Shown here: positions 1 through 12,292 of the stretch, one piece after another
How the letters are laid out: the number at the start of each line of letters is the position of its first letter
Numbering within the stretch: the stretch's first letter is position 1
Origin: Lytechinus pictus
Taxonomy: Eukaryota
Length of the DNA stretch: 64,000 nucleotides
NCBI RefSeq assembly: GCF_037042905.1
Contig: NC_087245.1
Span: 9,922,001-9,986,000 of the forward strand
Direction of reading: 5' to 3'
Translations under genes and position numbers: made by a program
The notes under the pieces: model-generated
What the model saw: only the letters and a program-made list of their open reading frames with translations
What the model was told of the DNA's origin: nothing
Database searches by the model: none

Positions 1-934
1 CGTCATTAAACTTTTTTAGAGGATTAGCTCACAAGTTCATTCATCATCACATGGAATACTATAGTAATCACGTGCAGTTTGAGATGAATAGTCCCAATAA
101 CAATGTTTATGGGGGCCTGTTCCGGGGGTTCCGGGGTCTGTTTAAAACAATAACCAAAAATGCACTACCCGGGGTACTATTCCCTTTTTCTTCAAAAGTT
201 GAAACAAAATATTTTTATATTTAATTATAATAGCCTTTGCGGTAGATAAAATGAGTTAGAAATGAATATTAACAATAATTTCGTTTTCATTGAAAAATAT
301 TCATGAAAATTGAATGCCCCTTGCCGATTTGTAGGCCTACTAAATTCTTCTTTTGCGGGGAGGGTGAAATCAAAAATAGGGGCCTACATATAAATCTTGA
401 GAAAAATAATTAACAAATAATAGAAAATTTATGAGCATTTGAATTGAGATATCTAATGGTGCACATAATACGGTATTATACACAGGATGTATTACTTACT
501 GCCACTTTTTAATTATCAAGTACGTCTATCAATAGCTAGGGTTTTTTAATGGGGTGACATATAATTCAGGGCCAGCTATAGAATATATCGAGTGGACTCC
601 GGAGTGGACTATGGGCCTCAATCCACACGTGAATCTTGAATCATCATTGTAATTGATGATTGATATTATCGTTCAAGTGACTGTGCATGATTAACGTTCG
701 TAATTCTAATCTAAATTAGTTCACACGTGCCTCATTATAGCCTTATTTTTCACTTGAATCATCATTCAAATTACGATTTTTTTTTTTTTTTTTACCATGT
801 GAAAAATGTACTAGTCAAATTAGATAATGGACAAAATTGATGTTTTAGACTTTTGGTGTACGGGAGCACTGGCGGATCCAGGGAGCACAGCAGCCGGTCC
901 GTATTTTTTTCATGGATGAAATGCACAATTTGGG

Positions 935-3330
935 CATGGGCGGAAATCCCAGGGGGGACAGGGGGGACGTGTCCCCCCTACTCAAAATAGTAGGGGGGAC
1001 ATAATATCAAATGTCCCCCCTACTATTTTTGGTCTTTAATGATGGTAAGAAATACATCATTCTAAATCGAAATAAAACATTTATTTTGGGACGAGACGAC
1101 CTTACTTTGGCGATGATAACCTTTTTTTTGCTTGTCAAATTTCCCCGCCCCTTGACCCCATAGGCGGATCCAGGAAGCCGAAAGCCCCCCCCCCCCCTTG
1201 GCGGAGCAAAAAAAGGGAAAGAAAGAAGGAAAAAAGGAGGGAAAAGAGAGGAGAAAAGGAAGAGAAGAACGACGAGTGCATAAGATAAGGTGAGGGGAAG
1301 ACTTGGAAAATAAAAAGAATCTTTCGTGCCACTATAAAAAAATTTCGCTCGATCTTCGCGCTCGCATTGCCTGTTGGGTGATTTACATATCTTGTTCAAT
1401 ATGGAGTTGGAATATCAAGTTTGGAACTCCAATATACAAAACGTATTTCACCTCGGAAATCGAACTTTCACTATTTTGTATAATTTACAAATTGGTTTTT
1501 AAAAAGTGCTCTGTAAAAATTTCAGTTTTATGGTCTAAATGTTAACATTTGCTGCTCGCGCTGCGCGCTCGCAAATTTTGATTGATCAGGTACCTATTAT
1601 TTTCGTGTATTCCATAAAGTTTTCAAAATATCCCTTTTCAGGTCTGATTGTCAAGACGTATCAGCTAGTGCGCTGCACGCTCGCATTTTGATTGGCGAGT
1701 TATATAAATGTTTCAGTATTGATTATACAACAAACTACTTAAAATCCCCTTTTCATGACAGTTTATCAAAAAAAATTAGCTCGCGATTTGCGCTCGCATT
1801 AATGGTTAAAAATATATTAACTGATGCATCCTATTCATATAATCACAAAAGTGAAATGTTCAATTTTTATGCCATGATATCATCAGATTTCGCGCCCTCA
1901 TTATATAGGCATTAATAACTATGATATTAATTTAATAATTAAATTGTCCCTTTTGTTTCATCTCGCGCTTAGCAGGAGGAATAGGAAGATAGTCATCATT
2001 TTTATATGATGACATGTCGGAGGGATGTCCCGATCCTATGTCAAAACTCAAAGTAATAATATTTTTAAGTGCGATCCATATCCACCTTACAATTTTTCTA
2101 CAAAGTGCTTGAAATATAAAGCTGAAATTGACTCTTTTTTCAAATCGGAATATCAAAGTTTCATGATTTTCATGATTAAAAATGTATTTAGAATGCCTAG
2201 ATTATAGGTATAAATATGAAACACGTTCGCGCATGTTTATCCAGATACTCAACTTGTTCTCTAATTTAAATCATTATCCAGTTTCAGATTACAATATCAA
2301 AATTTTTCTGCTCACGCTTTGTGCTCGCATTTTTAATGTAGGAAGACCCCATATCACTCATCCTTTTCATGATTTACAAAACATGAACAGAGTGGCCCGT
2401 TTTTAGGTCTAACTCTCGAATTTTGTTCTGCTCGCGCTTCGCGCTCGCATCATAAATCGTTTAATTATATAGCTATCCTGTTCACGATTATAAAACAGTG
2501 ATTAAAAATTTCCATTCTTTCTTTAGAAAGTTAAAAAAAATTCAGCTCGCGCTTGCATTTTTTTATTGTTGAAATATGTAACGCCTTCATGGCTAAGTGC
2601 AAGCAGTACTTAACAGGTACATTTTCAACAGGTACCAGTTCAAAACGTACATAAAAATTTTCTGCTCGCGCTTTGCGCTCGCATTATTAATACTCATCCT
2701 TTTCAGGATTTACAAAAGATGAATAGAGGGTCTCGTTCAGTAAATATTATGGGACTAAATCTCGAAATTTTCCGCTCGCGCTCCGCGCTCGCATTAATTG
2801 TTTACTTATATACCTATTCTGCTTGAGTTACAAAAAGTGCTTAGAATTTCCATTCTTTAGGTGAAAATTTCAAAAAAATTCAGCTCGCGCTTCGCGCTCG
2901 CATTATTTGATTGTTAAATGCTACTTTAACAGGTATCTTTTCCATCAGTTCAATTATGCTCGCGCTTTGCGTTCGTGGTAATTATTAAGTTTGATACACA
3001 TCTTTTTTAGGATAACAAACAATGCCCAGAAACAGTTCAAATTTTAGGGGAAAATACATAAAATTTCCAAAAAAAATTAGCTCGCGCTTTGCGCTCGCAT
3101 CATATAAATAAGGATTATGATATTATATATCAATTAAGAATAAAGCTAAGAAATGACTAATGAGGACTACCCCGTCAAAGAAACAAACAAAAAACATCTT
3201 CGAGCTGCCGATCGGGGAAAATAGGGGGGGGCGGAAATTTGTTTCAGCCCCCCCCCCCCCCCCCCCTATTGGCGAAGGCTGGATCCGCCCCTGTGTCCCC
3301 CCTACCTTTTGGGAGAGATTTCCGCCCCTG
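935..3330. mobile_element. Non-autonomous hAT-like element
   Basis: TIRs catgggcggaaatc / gatttccgcccctg; exact 8-bp TSD aatttggg at 927-934 and 3331-3338; internal gctcgcgcttcgcgctcgc repeats; no transposase. Confidence 0.85.
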
Positions 3331-4121
3331 AATTTGGGGGTAAAAACCTAATGTTTTTTTGCTTGTCAAATTTTCCTCGGGAAATCCTGGATCCGCCCCA
3401 GATTGGAATGTAGAAGATCTAGCTTTAGTAACTAACCGCCCTTTCACGCGGTAAAAAAAATCGTAATTTCAATGATGATTCCAGTGAAAAATAAGGCTAA
3501 TGACGAATATTTAGCACGTGTGAAACCAAACTAGTACATGATTATAAAGATCACAAACACAAATCACAGTCACGATTACATTACAATGATGATTCAAGAT
3601 TCATGAGTGAAAAGGCTCATAGTTTCATTCCGGACTCAACCCTGGCTGGCATTGAGTCCGCATGATATGATCGGCTCTATTGAGTTCGCTGATCATTGTG
3701 AGATCGCTCTGACCTGCTAGCTGTAATCAGTGGATCGAGCTATTACTGAAAAGCGTGAAAAAAAAAATATTGGCTCTAAACCATCGCGTACCGTGGGCAT
3801 AGGCGGCGGAAGCGGGGGGGGGGGGGGGCAGGGGGACATGTTCCCCTTAAGTTCAGGAGGGGACGCCCCCCCCCCTAAAAAGGGGGGAAATGAAGGAAGG
3901 AAGAAAAAAGGGGGAAGAAAAGAAAGAAAGAAGAAAGAAAGAAATAGAAAAGAAGAAAGGAAGAGGAAAAAGATAACCGTGAGTAAACTGAACTGCTGAA
4001 ACAAAGAAATATTAAAACGTATACAAAATGCCCCCTGGAGATATCACAATTCTGAAGCTGCCAGGGGCTTTGCTTCCTAGACCCCACCCGACCGCGGGCT
4101 TCGCGCTACACGAAAAAGAAT

Positions 4122-4318
4122 ATATCGGCATTTTCACGGTAACTGACGTTACACGGCACAATGTATACACTTTTCACTGTGTGTATGATTATCTCTAAAA
4201 CAACAAATGATGGGAGTAAACTCCCATCATTTGTTGTTTTTTCTAATCATAATTTATACACAATGAAAAGTGTATAAATTGTGCCGTGTAACGTCAGTTA
4301 CCATGAAAAAGCCCATAT
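4122..4318. mobile_element. Foldback MITE
   Basis: Near-perfect palindrome centred on gatgggagtaaactcccatc. Confidence 0.75.
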
Positions 4319-4477
4319 GTAAAAAAATAGATAAAATAAATAAAGGAGAAGAGAGCAAGATGCGAAGAAAAAGAAACGTGAATAAAATAAGGGGAGGGGA
4401 TAATTGGAAAATGAAAAAATATCGGGTTATTACATAAAAATGAAAATTTCGCTCACACTTCGCGCTCGCGTTCGCTG

Positions 4478-5006
4478 TTAAGGGTCAAGTCCATCCCAGA
4501 AAATGTTGATTTGAATAATTAGATGCTGAAAATTCCATCAAAATCGGATGTAAAATAGGAAAGTTATGCCATTTTAAAGTTTCGCTTATATTTCCCATAA
4601 AGTGCATGCACAACTAAGTGACATGCAAATATCTCTTTTGTTTTTTTATTGTTTGAATTATACAAATTTTTTAAACAGATTTGGCAATAAGGACCAACTT
4701 GACTGCACCATATAGTATAAAACAATGCTATTTCCATATTTTCAAGGAAAAATTAATCGTTGTTTCACTTGACAATGAGGAGAAAATTAAAATATTTCAT
4801 ATGATAAAATACAAAAGAAATAGTGAGTGGATGACGACATCAGTCTTCTCATTTGTTTGCATACCGATCAGTTTTGTGAAATTAAACGAAACTTTAAAAT
4901 GTCATAACTTTCTTATTTTACATCCGAATTGATGGAATTTACAATGTTATACTTGTTGAATTTTTCTCTTTTTATTAAAATCAACTATTTGTTCGGGTGG
5001 GCTTGA
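4478..5006. mobile_element. TTAA-type MITE, degenerate copy of the 60426-61037 family
   Basis: Begins ttaagggtcaagtccatccc; interior similar to the reverse complement of 60426-61037. Confidence 0.7.
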
Positions 5007-5271
5007 GATAATCTGCTCACTAGGATACCATGGAGCTTTGAATAGGCCCTATCCAATTTTAAAGTCAATATGCACAAATTGTTTTGCTCGCGATTCGAGT
5101 TTCCATTAAATTCTGTTCATGCAATACAAAAAGTACTGAATATAAAAAAAAATCTGCTTGCGCTACGCGCTGGCATTATTTGACAGGCAAATTAATGATA
5201 CGGTCGTATTCTGTTCATGTATTACAGAAATCAGTAATTCAAGGGTTATCGTTTCAAGTCAGTAAATCACT

Positions 5272-5427
5272 TATACCTCGGTCACATTTGCTCTACGGCG
5301 AGTCGAAAACTGCCGTTTTATTCATTTTTATGCAAACCACCTATGTATAGCTGGTACAAAAAATGTTAAAACGGTTGTTTTCGACTCGCCGTACGGCCAC
5401 CGTAGAGCAAATGTGACCGAAGTATTA
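5272..5427. mobile_element. Short palindromic MITE
   Basis: Arms tacctcggtcacatttgctctacgg / ccgtagagcaaatgtgaccgaagta. Confidence 0.75.
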
Positions 5428-5504
5428 CTTTCATCTCTCTCCTCGCATCGATTGTACATGACCGTCATGTTCATCGTTCAAAAAGTGCTTAGAATCTGAG
5501 GTTA

Positions 5505-6420
5505 ATTTGGGTCAGATTTTTTTTTAGCTCGCGCTTCGCGCTCGCATCAATTGTTTAGATAGATACATATCCTGTTCATGGTCATAATAAGTGTATTAGA
5601 ATTTTAAGGTTTGGGTCGGAATATAAAAAATGTTCAGCTCGCGCTTCGCTCTCGCATAAAATATTTAGTTAGATAGCCATTCTGTTCATGATTACCAAAA
5701 GTGCTCAGAATCTCAAAATTTTAGGTCAGATTACAAAAAAAATTCAGTTCGCGCTTCGCGCTCGCATCAATTGCTTAGATAGATATCCATCCTGTTCATG
5801 GTCATAAAAGTGCTTAGAATGTCCAGTTTGGGGTTGGAATAACAACAATTTTGAGCTCGCGCTACGCGTTCGCATAAACTGTTTAGTTAGATGCTCAATC
5901 CTACTCATGATAACCAAAAGTGCTTAGAATGTAAAAAGACATAGGTCAGAGAATCAATCTTTTTTAGCTCGGGCTTCGCGCTTGCATCAGTTGTTTAGAT
6001 AGATACAAATCCCGTTCACGGTAACAAAAAGTGCTTTAGAATATGAAAAACAAAATGTTCAGCTCGCGCTACGCGCTCGCATAAAATGTTTAGTTTAGAT
6101 ACCCATTCTGTTCATGATTATCAAAGTGCTTAGAATGTCTACATTGTAGGTCGGAATATTAAATATTTTCACATCAATTGTTTAGATAGATATACCCATC
6201 CTGTTCATGGTCACAATAGTGCTTTAATAGAATGTCCAGTTTTGTGTTGGAATATAAAAAAAAAATCCAGCTTGCGCTATGCGTTCGCATAAATGTTAGT
6301 TAGATACCCATCCTGCTTGATGACCCAAAGTGCTTAGAATGTCAAAATTTTAGGTCAGGTTATCAAAAATTTTCAGCTCGCGTTTCGCGCTCGCATAAAA
6401 GGTTTATTTTACTATCCTGT
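5505..6420. repeat. Tandem array of about 120-bp units inside the hAT-like element
   Basis: Recurring cagctcgcgcttcgcgctcgcat...tgtttag...atcctgttcatg...aagtgcttagaatg; related arrays at about 2200-3100 and 44630-45790. Confidence 0.85.
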
Positions 6421-6575
6421 TCATCATTCATGTTCATGAGGGGGTGCATATTTTTATCGAAAAGTACATAATGGCCAACGGGGTGCAAAATCATGTAAAT
6501 GCGCCAGTCTTGTTAGATATCTCATCATGTTTGTAAGAAAATTTAAGATGTACTTAAAACTACAGACCTTACACC

Positions 6576-7167
6576 TTAAAGGAGAATGAAACCCTTGAAA
6601 CCAGCTGAATCCATATCAAAGAGAAAAATCAAAGAAACATATTGTTGAAAGTTTGAGGAAGATTGAATGAATAATAAGAAAGTTATGAGCATTTGAATAT
6701 TGAGATCACTAATGCCATGTAGATCCTCCCATTGGCAATGCGACCAAGATATGTGATGTCACACACGTACAACTCCCTCATTACTTAAGTACTTATTTCA
6801 CATATATTCTCACTTTTATAGAGTCTATCACAAGGTGAGGTGTTCTCTTTATGAGAGGACAAGTACAGAGGTTTCACAACATTATATCATGGATGAATCG
6901 TTTGTCATATGATTAGAATGAGCAAAAAGAGATGTTTTGGGGTATATTTTCAGTGTCCAAAAGGGGAGAGTTGTTCATCTGTGACATCATAGATCTTGGT
7001 CGCATTGCCAATGGGAGGATCCCCATAGCATTAGTGATCTCGACATTCAAATGCTCATAACTCTTCTATTGCTAGTCCTATTTGACTCAAACTTTTGTTG
7101 ACCTTATTCTTTGATTTTTCTGCTTTCACAAAAGCTAACTTGCTCCAAGAGTTTCATTCTCCTTTAA
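6576..7167. mobile_element. TTAA-flanked MITE (piggyBac- or Kolobok-like)
   Basis: ttaa-aggagaatgaaac ... gtttcattctcct-ttaa, with long internal inverted arms. Confidence 0.85.
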
Positions 7168-7539
7168 ACAAAAATATTATATAAAAAAACAGCTTTTAGC
7201 AGCCAACTGGGAAAATACGGGTGAAAATAATTTTTTCCGTCCCCCCCCCCTAAATTGTTATGCTTCCGCCGCCAATGACCGTGGGTCGACGGCATTGGCA
7301 GACACCATCAAAATTTTGAGTAACTAATTAAGTGGGCACGCGATGACGCGAAGCGCGCTCAATTGCTAGGTAGGCCGATACTGACCTAATTAAACGGATA
7401 TGATGTATCTCACTGATCAAATAATGCGAGCGCGAAATTTAGGAAAAATTCAGACCTGAAGAAGGGGCATTCTAAAGCTCGGAAATGTTTTATAATTAGA
7501 CCTTAAAGCGGGAAATCACTTTAAATAGTCCTGAAAAAG

Positions 7540-7976
7540 AAGCATATGTCACTACATAAAACAATAATAACTCGCGCGCAGCGCGAGCAGAACATGTCGT
7601 TCAGACCATAAAACTGACATTTTTACAGAGCACTTTAAAAAAATCAATTTGTAAATCACACGAAATAATGAAAGTTCGATTTCCGAGGTGAAATAGGTTT
7701 TGTATAATGACTTCCAAACTTGATATTTAAACTCCATATTGAACGAAATATGAAAATCACCTAACAGGCAATGCGAGCGCGAGCAAAAATTTTATATAGT
7801 GACATGAAAGACTTCCCCTCATCTTAATTTATTCACTCGTCTTCCTCCTCTTCTTTTTTCTCGTCTCTTTTCCCTCCTTTTCCCTTTTTTATTTCTTTCC
7901 CTTTTCCCTCTTTTTTGCTCCGCTCGGGGGGGGGGGGGTGGCCGGGCCCGCTCGGGCCCCCCTGGATCCGCCTATG
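7540..7976 (-). mobile_element. Inverted partial copy of the element end starting at 1159
   Basis: Ends cctggatccgcctatg; interior is the reverse complement of about 1160-1570. Confidence 0.7.
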
Positions 7977-9864
7977 GGTATATCTTCTTACATTAATTAC
8001 ATTAATAATGTGAGCTCGAAAATTTTTGATATTCTGATCTGAAACTTTATAATAATATTAAAGCACGTTTTGAATAAAAAACAAGCTGCGTATCTGAATA
8101 AACATGCGTGAGCGTGTTTAGATTTAGACCTAGAAAAGGGCATTCTAAATACATTTTTTAATGAAAGTCAATAATGCGAGCTCCAGATGAAAATATTTGA
8201 TATTCCACATTATCCACAAGGTCGATGATATATTTTGAAGTTAATTCATTTAAAGGGGAAGTTTACCCTGACAAAAAGTTGACCGTGTAAAAATACCAGA
8301 AAAAAATATTGCCGAAGGTTTGAGAAAATTCCATCAAAGAAAAGAATGTTATTTGAATTTCAATTATTTGATTTGTGACGTCATATGCGAGCAGGTTTCC
8401 TACTGCTGCGACGCGTCGTATCGTAAATACAGCAATGAAATATAATTTTCTCAGAAACTTGAAAATGGTTCGATTTTATTTCATTTTGATTTGATTTAAT
8501 GTTCTCTTCTGCATACATTCATATAATTAATAATAATAATATTAATAGACATTTATATTGCGCCATCTATCTAGAAATAATCTATTCCGAGGCGCATCGT
8601 TATTATTATCATTACCCCGGCTTTTGCTCGAGCTGCCTCTCACTGCTCAGTGCATTCAAGGAATTAATCCTGCCGGGCACTGGCGGCATTTTTACATTAC
8701 ACATTTTAACTGTGCCTCTCACGGGCCGGCTGTGCCCCCCCCCCCTTTGAGAGGCACAATTAAAATTTTTAATGTAAAAATGCCGTTAAAACACAAGTGT
8801 GCCCCCCTCCCCCTTGAAAGTGAAGAACTTTTGGCATGAATCATAGAATAAATACTAAAAATATCATTAAAAAATGACCAACTACATGTAATTATTACTG
8901 CACCATTAGAATGTCAATAGACAAATCATTTCACATTCGTTCCTAAAAAGAAAACAAAAATATGTCATTACGAATTCGTCCTCCACTGGCAGTACATCAT
9001 AACAAATGAAAGACATGAATAAACACTAATGACGTTTAAATTTACAATTATTTAAAATTGAAGGAATATAAAATAATGAACATGTATTGCAATACAATAA
9101 AAATGAATTAGCTAAATAATTACTCATACGACAGAATGGAAAACTTCCCCTTTCAGTCTCACAATGGATTTTATCTTGGAAAACAACAACAAGCATTTTC
9201 ACACATTTCGGCACGTAGTCAATTTTTTTCAAATTTTACTGAATAACATGAATAAGGAAAGACCTCTAGAAGCAGGCGCGTATCCCAGGGGTGGTATTCT
9301 GGAACACTGTCATAACTTTTGTCATAAATATTGTCATTTCTCTCCAAGATGTGACACCGCTATGATTGTCACAAATCGGTATTCTGAAATTGTCTTTTCC
9401 CTGTCATATCTCTCAAAGTTACCGCCCATCTTTTCAGAATACGGCCCCAGGATTTTGCAACCCGGGGGGGGGGGGGGGCGACCTTATTTTGGCGCCCCTG
9501 TGAGCTTGTGAGCCTTTGGAAAATGGCGCCCTCTCCCGTCAGGTAGTGGCCTACCGTGGGTCACGGCATGGGGGAGGGGCACCAGAAAAAAATTTGAGTT
9601 CATGAAAACATGAATTAAAGGTGGTCTTCAATTGCCCTTTTCACGTGATTATGAAATACGATTATTCAACATGCATTTAAGGCACCTTTGTTTGCCTGGC
9701 AGCAGTGGCGTAACTACATCGGCTTGCCAAGTAACAAAACAAACAAACAAAAACGGAGGAAAGGAGAAAAAGAGGAAGAAGGAAATAGAAACGTAATGGG
9801 GGAGAAGAATACATAAGAAATATGTAATATGAAATATTATTATCATATATTTAAATATATGAAT

Positions 9865-10112
9865 TTGGCGCCTCAGGACAAACATCAAATAGGTGCTCCT
9901 GTGTCGAACATCAATTCGGCGCCCCTAAGTAAAACATAAATTCGGCGCCCCCCCCCCCCCCCAATGTCGAACATAATTCGGTGCCCCCCCCCCCCTATGT
10001 CGAACATCGATTCGGCGACCCTAGGTCGAACATCAATTCGGCGCCCCCTATATCAAACTAAAATTCGGCGCCCCCAGGTAGAACATAAAGTTTGCATAGG
10101 GGCGCCGAATTT
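9865..10112. repeat. About 30-bp minisatellite downstream of the tetraspanin stop
   Basis: Repeated gtcgaacatcaattcggcgccccc, with one inverted unit at the right end. Confidence 0.8.
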
Positions 10113-10243
10113 ATCTTCAACCTAGGGAGGCGACATGATAATAGTTCCACATACGCCATGTACTTAAAAGTTCATAAGGCGTCGACAGGCATATATTTTA
10201 TACGACGGTTGTCTTGAGATTATTGAACAAAATGGATGTTGCA

Positions 10244-10315
10244 TTAAACTGCGTAGTCGGGGATGTTAAGCTTCGTATTCCCTACCGCACAAATTCCTAA
10301 GATGACACCACAGAT
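10244..10315 (-). CDS. Tetraspanin exon 6 (end of TM4, C-tail, stop)
   Basis: gtttcag acceptor; ICGVILGICAVGNTKLNIPDYAV then TAA. All introns are phase 0; 240 aa in total with 6 EC2 cysteines, CD63/TSPAN6/TSPAN7-like. Confidence 0.9.
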   Translation of the reverse strand: MCGVILGICAVGNTKLNIPDYAV

Positions 10316-10912
10316 CTGAAACAAAACAAAACAATATTAATATAATGACACCTTTTTTATTATCATTATCAAATTAGACGAAGTCTTTTATTAGCTTTCC
10401 GTATCACCATGATCATTAAGCTCTTTGGTCTATTTTGGCGACAAATAAATTTATATACCCCCGACATCACCATAAACAAACGGAAATTCAATAAAGATAA
10501 TCAAAAAATTAAGATTGATTTAACGAAACGAAATGAATATGCGGCGAATGTGTACACCAGTGGTCTTATTTCAAATCACATCAATGTGTAAAATACTCTT
10601 CGGCACACATTTTGTGGGTTATGATTGAAAATAGTCAAACATCGAGAAAAAAAAACTTCATAAATTAATATTTGCCTTCACATTCCGGCCATCTGTAATA
10701 ATAATTACAACATCCAAATATTGAAAATTGTTTAATAAGTTGAAGCTGGGATACAATATCAGGTACTGGGCCAATAAACAAATAAACCAAATAGATATTA
10801 CGTAAACAGGACGAAATACATGTGGATAAATCTTCATATTGAATTTGATCCGGGTAGAACCACTTTTGAAAGCATGACCATGATCCAAATTTGTCAGCCA
10901 GCGATTACTTAC

Positions 10913-10996
10913 GTTAACAAAAGCAACGCCAATCGCGAGTCCTGCAATAATTTGAATTTGATCTCTCAGTAAATCTTGGACTGCGGAGTCGCAGGG
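10913..10996 (-). CDS. Tetraspanin exon 5 (last EC2 Cys and TM4)
   Basis: ttttcag acceptor, gtaagt donor; 84 nt; PCDSAVQDLLRDQIQIIAGLAIGVAFVN. Confidence 0.93.
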
Positions 10997-11379
10997 CTGA
11001 AAAGGAACAAAACAGCGGTCAAATCAATCGGAAAAGTTTATTATTTTGTTTATATGATACAAAAAATTCCCATGATGGTGATATCATTGATGATAGTGAT
11101 GATAAATTGTTAATGATACAGTAGTACAGTACTATAATGATAAACGTAGTAGTAGTGGTAATACTAATACTACTACTACTAATAATAATATTAATAATAA
11201 TAATGACAATATAAAGAAGATTTTATTAAATTTACAACGTATAGGACTTAATTAAAATGTTTCTAATAACAAGGACCCTTGGTCGAGCAGTTCTTGTAAC
11301 TGAAAGGGCTACCCTGTTAAAATAAGACCACAAATAAACAAATCAATTGCTTATTTAGTTAATCAGATTGAATTCTTAC

Positions 11380-11523
11380 GTTTGTATGTATGTCGAAAGT
11401 AGCTGAGCCAATGATGTTACAGCCAGGAGTTTTTAATTTACAGCATGAATAAGGTACAAGTTCTGGTTGATCCTTAACCCAGCCCATCCAATCAGTGTAG
11501 TTATGAACTCCGCAACACTTTAG
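11380..11523 (-). CDS. Tetraspanin exon 4 (EC2, CCG motif)
   Basis: aag acceptor, gtaaga donor; 144 nt; LKCCGVHNYTDW...VPYSCC...PGC, the tetraspanin CCG/DW/PxSCC signature. Confidence 0.95.
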
Positions 11524-11736
11524 CTTTAATGGAAAAACACAATGAGACATTGAACAAACGATTGAACAATGATATATCAACAGAAGTTTTATGTAATAGT
11601 TTCTTCTTAGCTTTATATTCTTCTAAACAAAATAAGTACAACCTTTTCAGCATTCTATGATGGCAACATCAGGCCCAAAGAACAATCTCTACAATTTTTT
11701 TTTTATCTCATTAGCCCTTATTTTAGCGCGAGCTCA

Positions 11737-11771
11737 TTTTTTTTTGGTAAACATAATGGAAAAGATTTATT
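11737..11771 (-). terminator. Polyadenylation signal and genomic A-tail of the RPL41 copy
   Basis: AATAAA at 11771-11766, followed 20 nt later by A9 at 11745-11737, about 450 nt after the RPL41 stop. Confidence 0.7.
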
Positions 11772-12214
11772 ACAGGCTGATACACCACAACAGTTTTTGA
11801 GTGAAAGATGTAAAAGTATGCAATAAAAACAACCACAAAGGGCACAGCAATCTAGCACAATGAATTAATTTGATGAAGATTGATTTATCTTGATATTAAG
11901 ATGGAATGTTTTAACAAAAATAATGGGAGAGCGTCTGTATAGCATGATGAAGTCTATCAATGTTTCCATCCATAGCAACAAAGGCCCAGTCATCAACAGC
12001 TTTCATGAGAACCAATTGATTTCACACAGGATGCAGCCAAGGATGTCTTCATGGGTGAGACAAGACCTCGCGGTGATAGGAGTATTGATGCACAAAAGTA
12101 TAGGCTCTGGGATGGTGAGGAAGTAAGGTTGTGAAGAATGAGAATTATCTTAATAAGTCCCTATTCAACAGCAAAAGTGCGATGCCCGGAAGAGTGGCCT
12201 TTCCTGGTGGCAGT

Positions 12215-12292
12215 CTACTTGGACCTGGCACGCATCTTTCTCCTCTTACGCTTCAGGCGTCGCATACGTTTCTTGCGCCACTTATCCCTCAT
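12215..12292 (-). CDS. RPL41: Ribosomal protein eL41 (RPL41), intact intronless ORF; probable processed retrocopy in tetraspanin intron 3
   Basis: Translates to MRDKWRKKRMRRLKRKRRKMRARSK then TAG, essentially the conserved 25-aa eL41 sequence. Identity is secure; functionality is unknown. Confidence 0.9.
   Translation of the reverse strand: MRDKWRKKRMRRLKRKRRKMRARSK

Larger units (their letters stand above)
3798..7277. mobile_element. Non-autonomous hAT-like element with nested MITEs
   Basis: TIRs cataggcggcggaagc / gcttccgccgccaatg; exact TSD accgtggg at 3790-3797 and 7278-7285. Confidence 0.88.

Noticed and set aside
5505..6420. Regularly spaced palindromic motif resembling a CRISPR array (also 44630-45790 and 9865-10112)
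   Set aside because: The intervening sequences are homologous to each other, no cas genes are present and the context is eukaryotic; these are tandem repeats.
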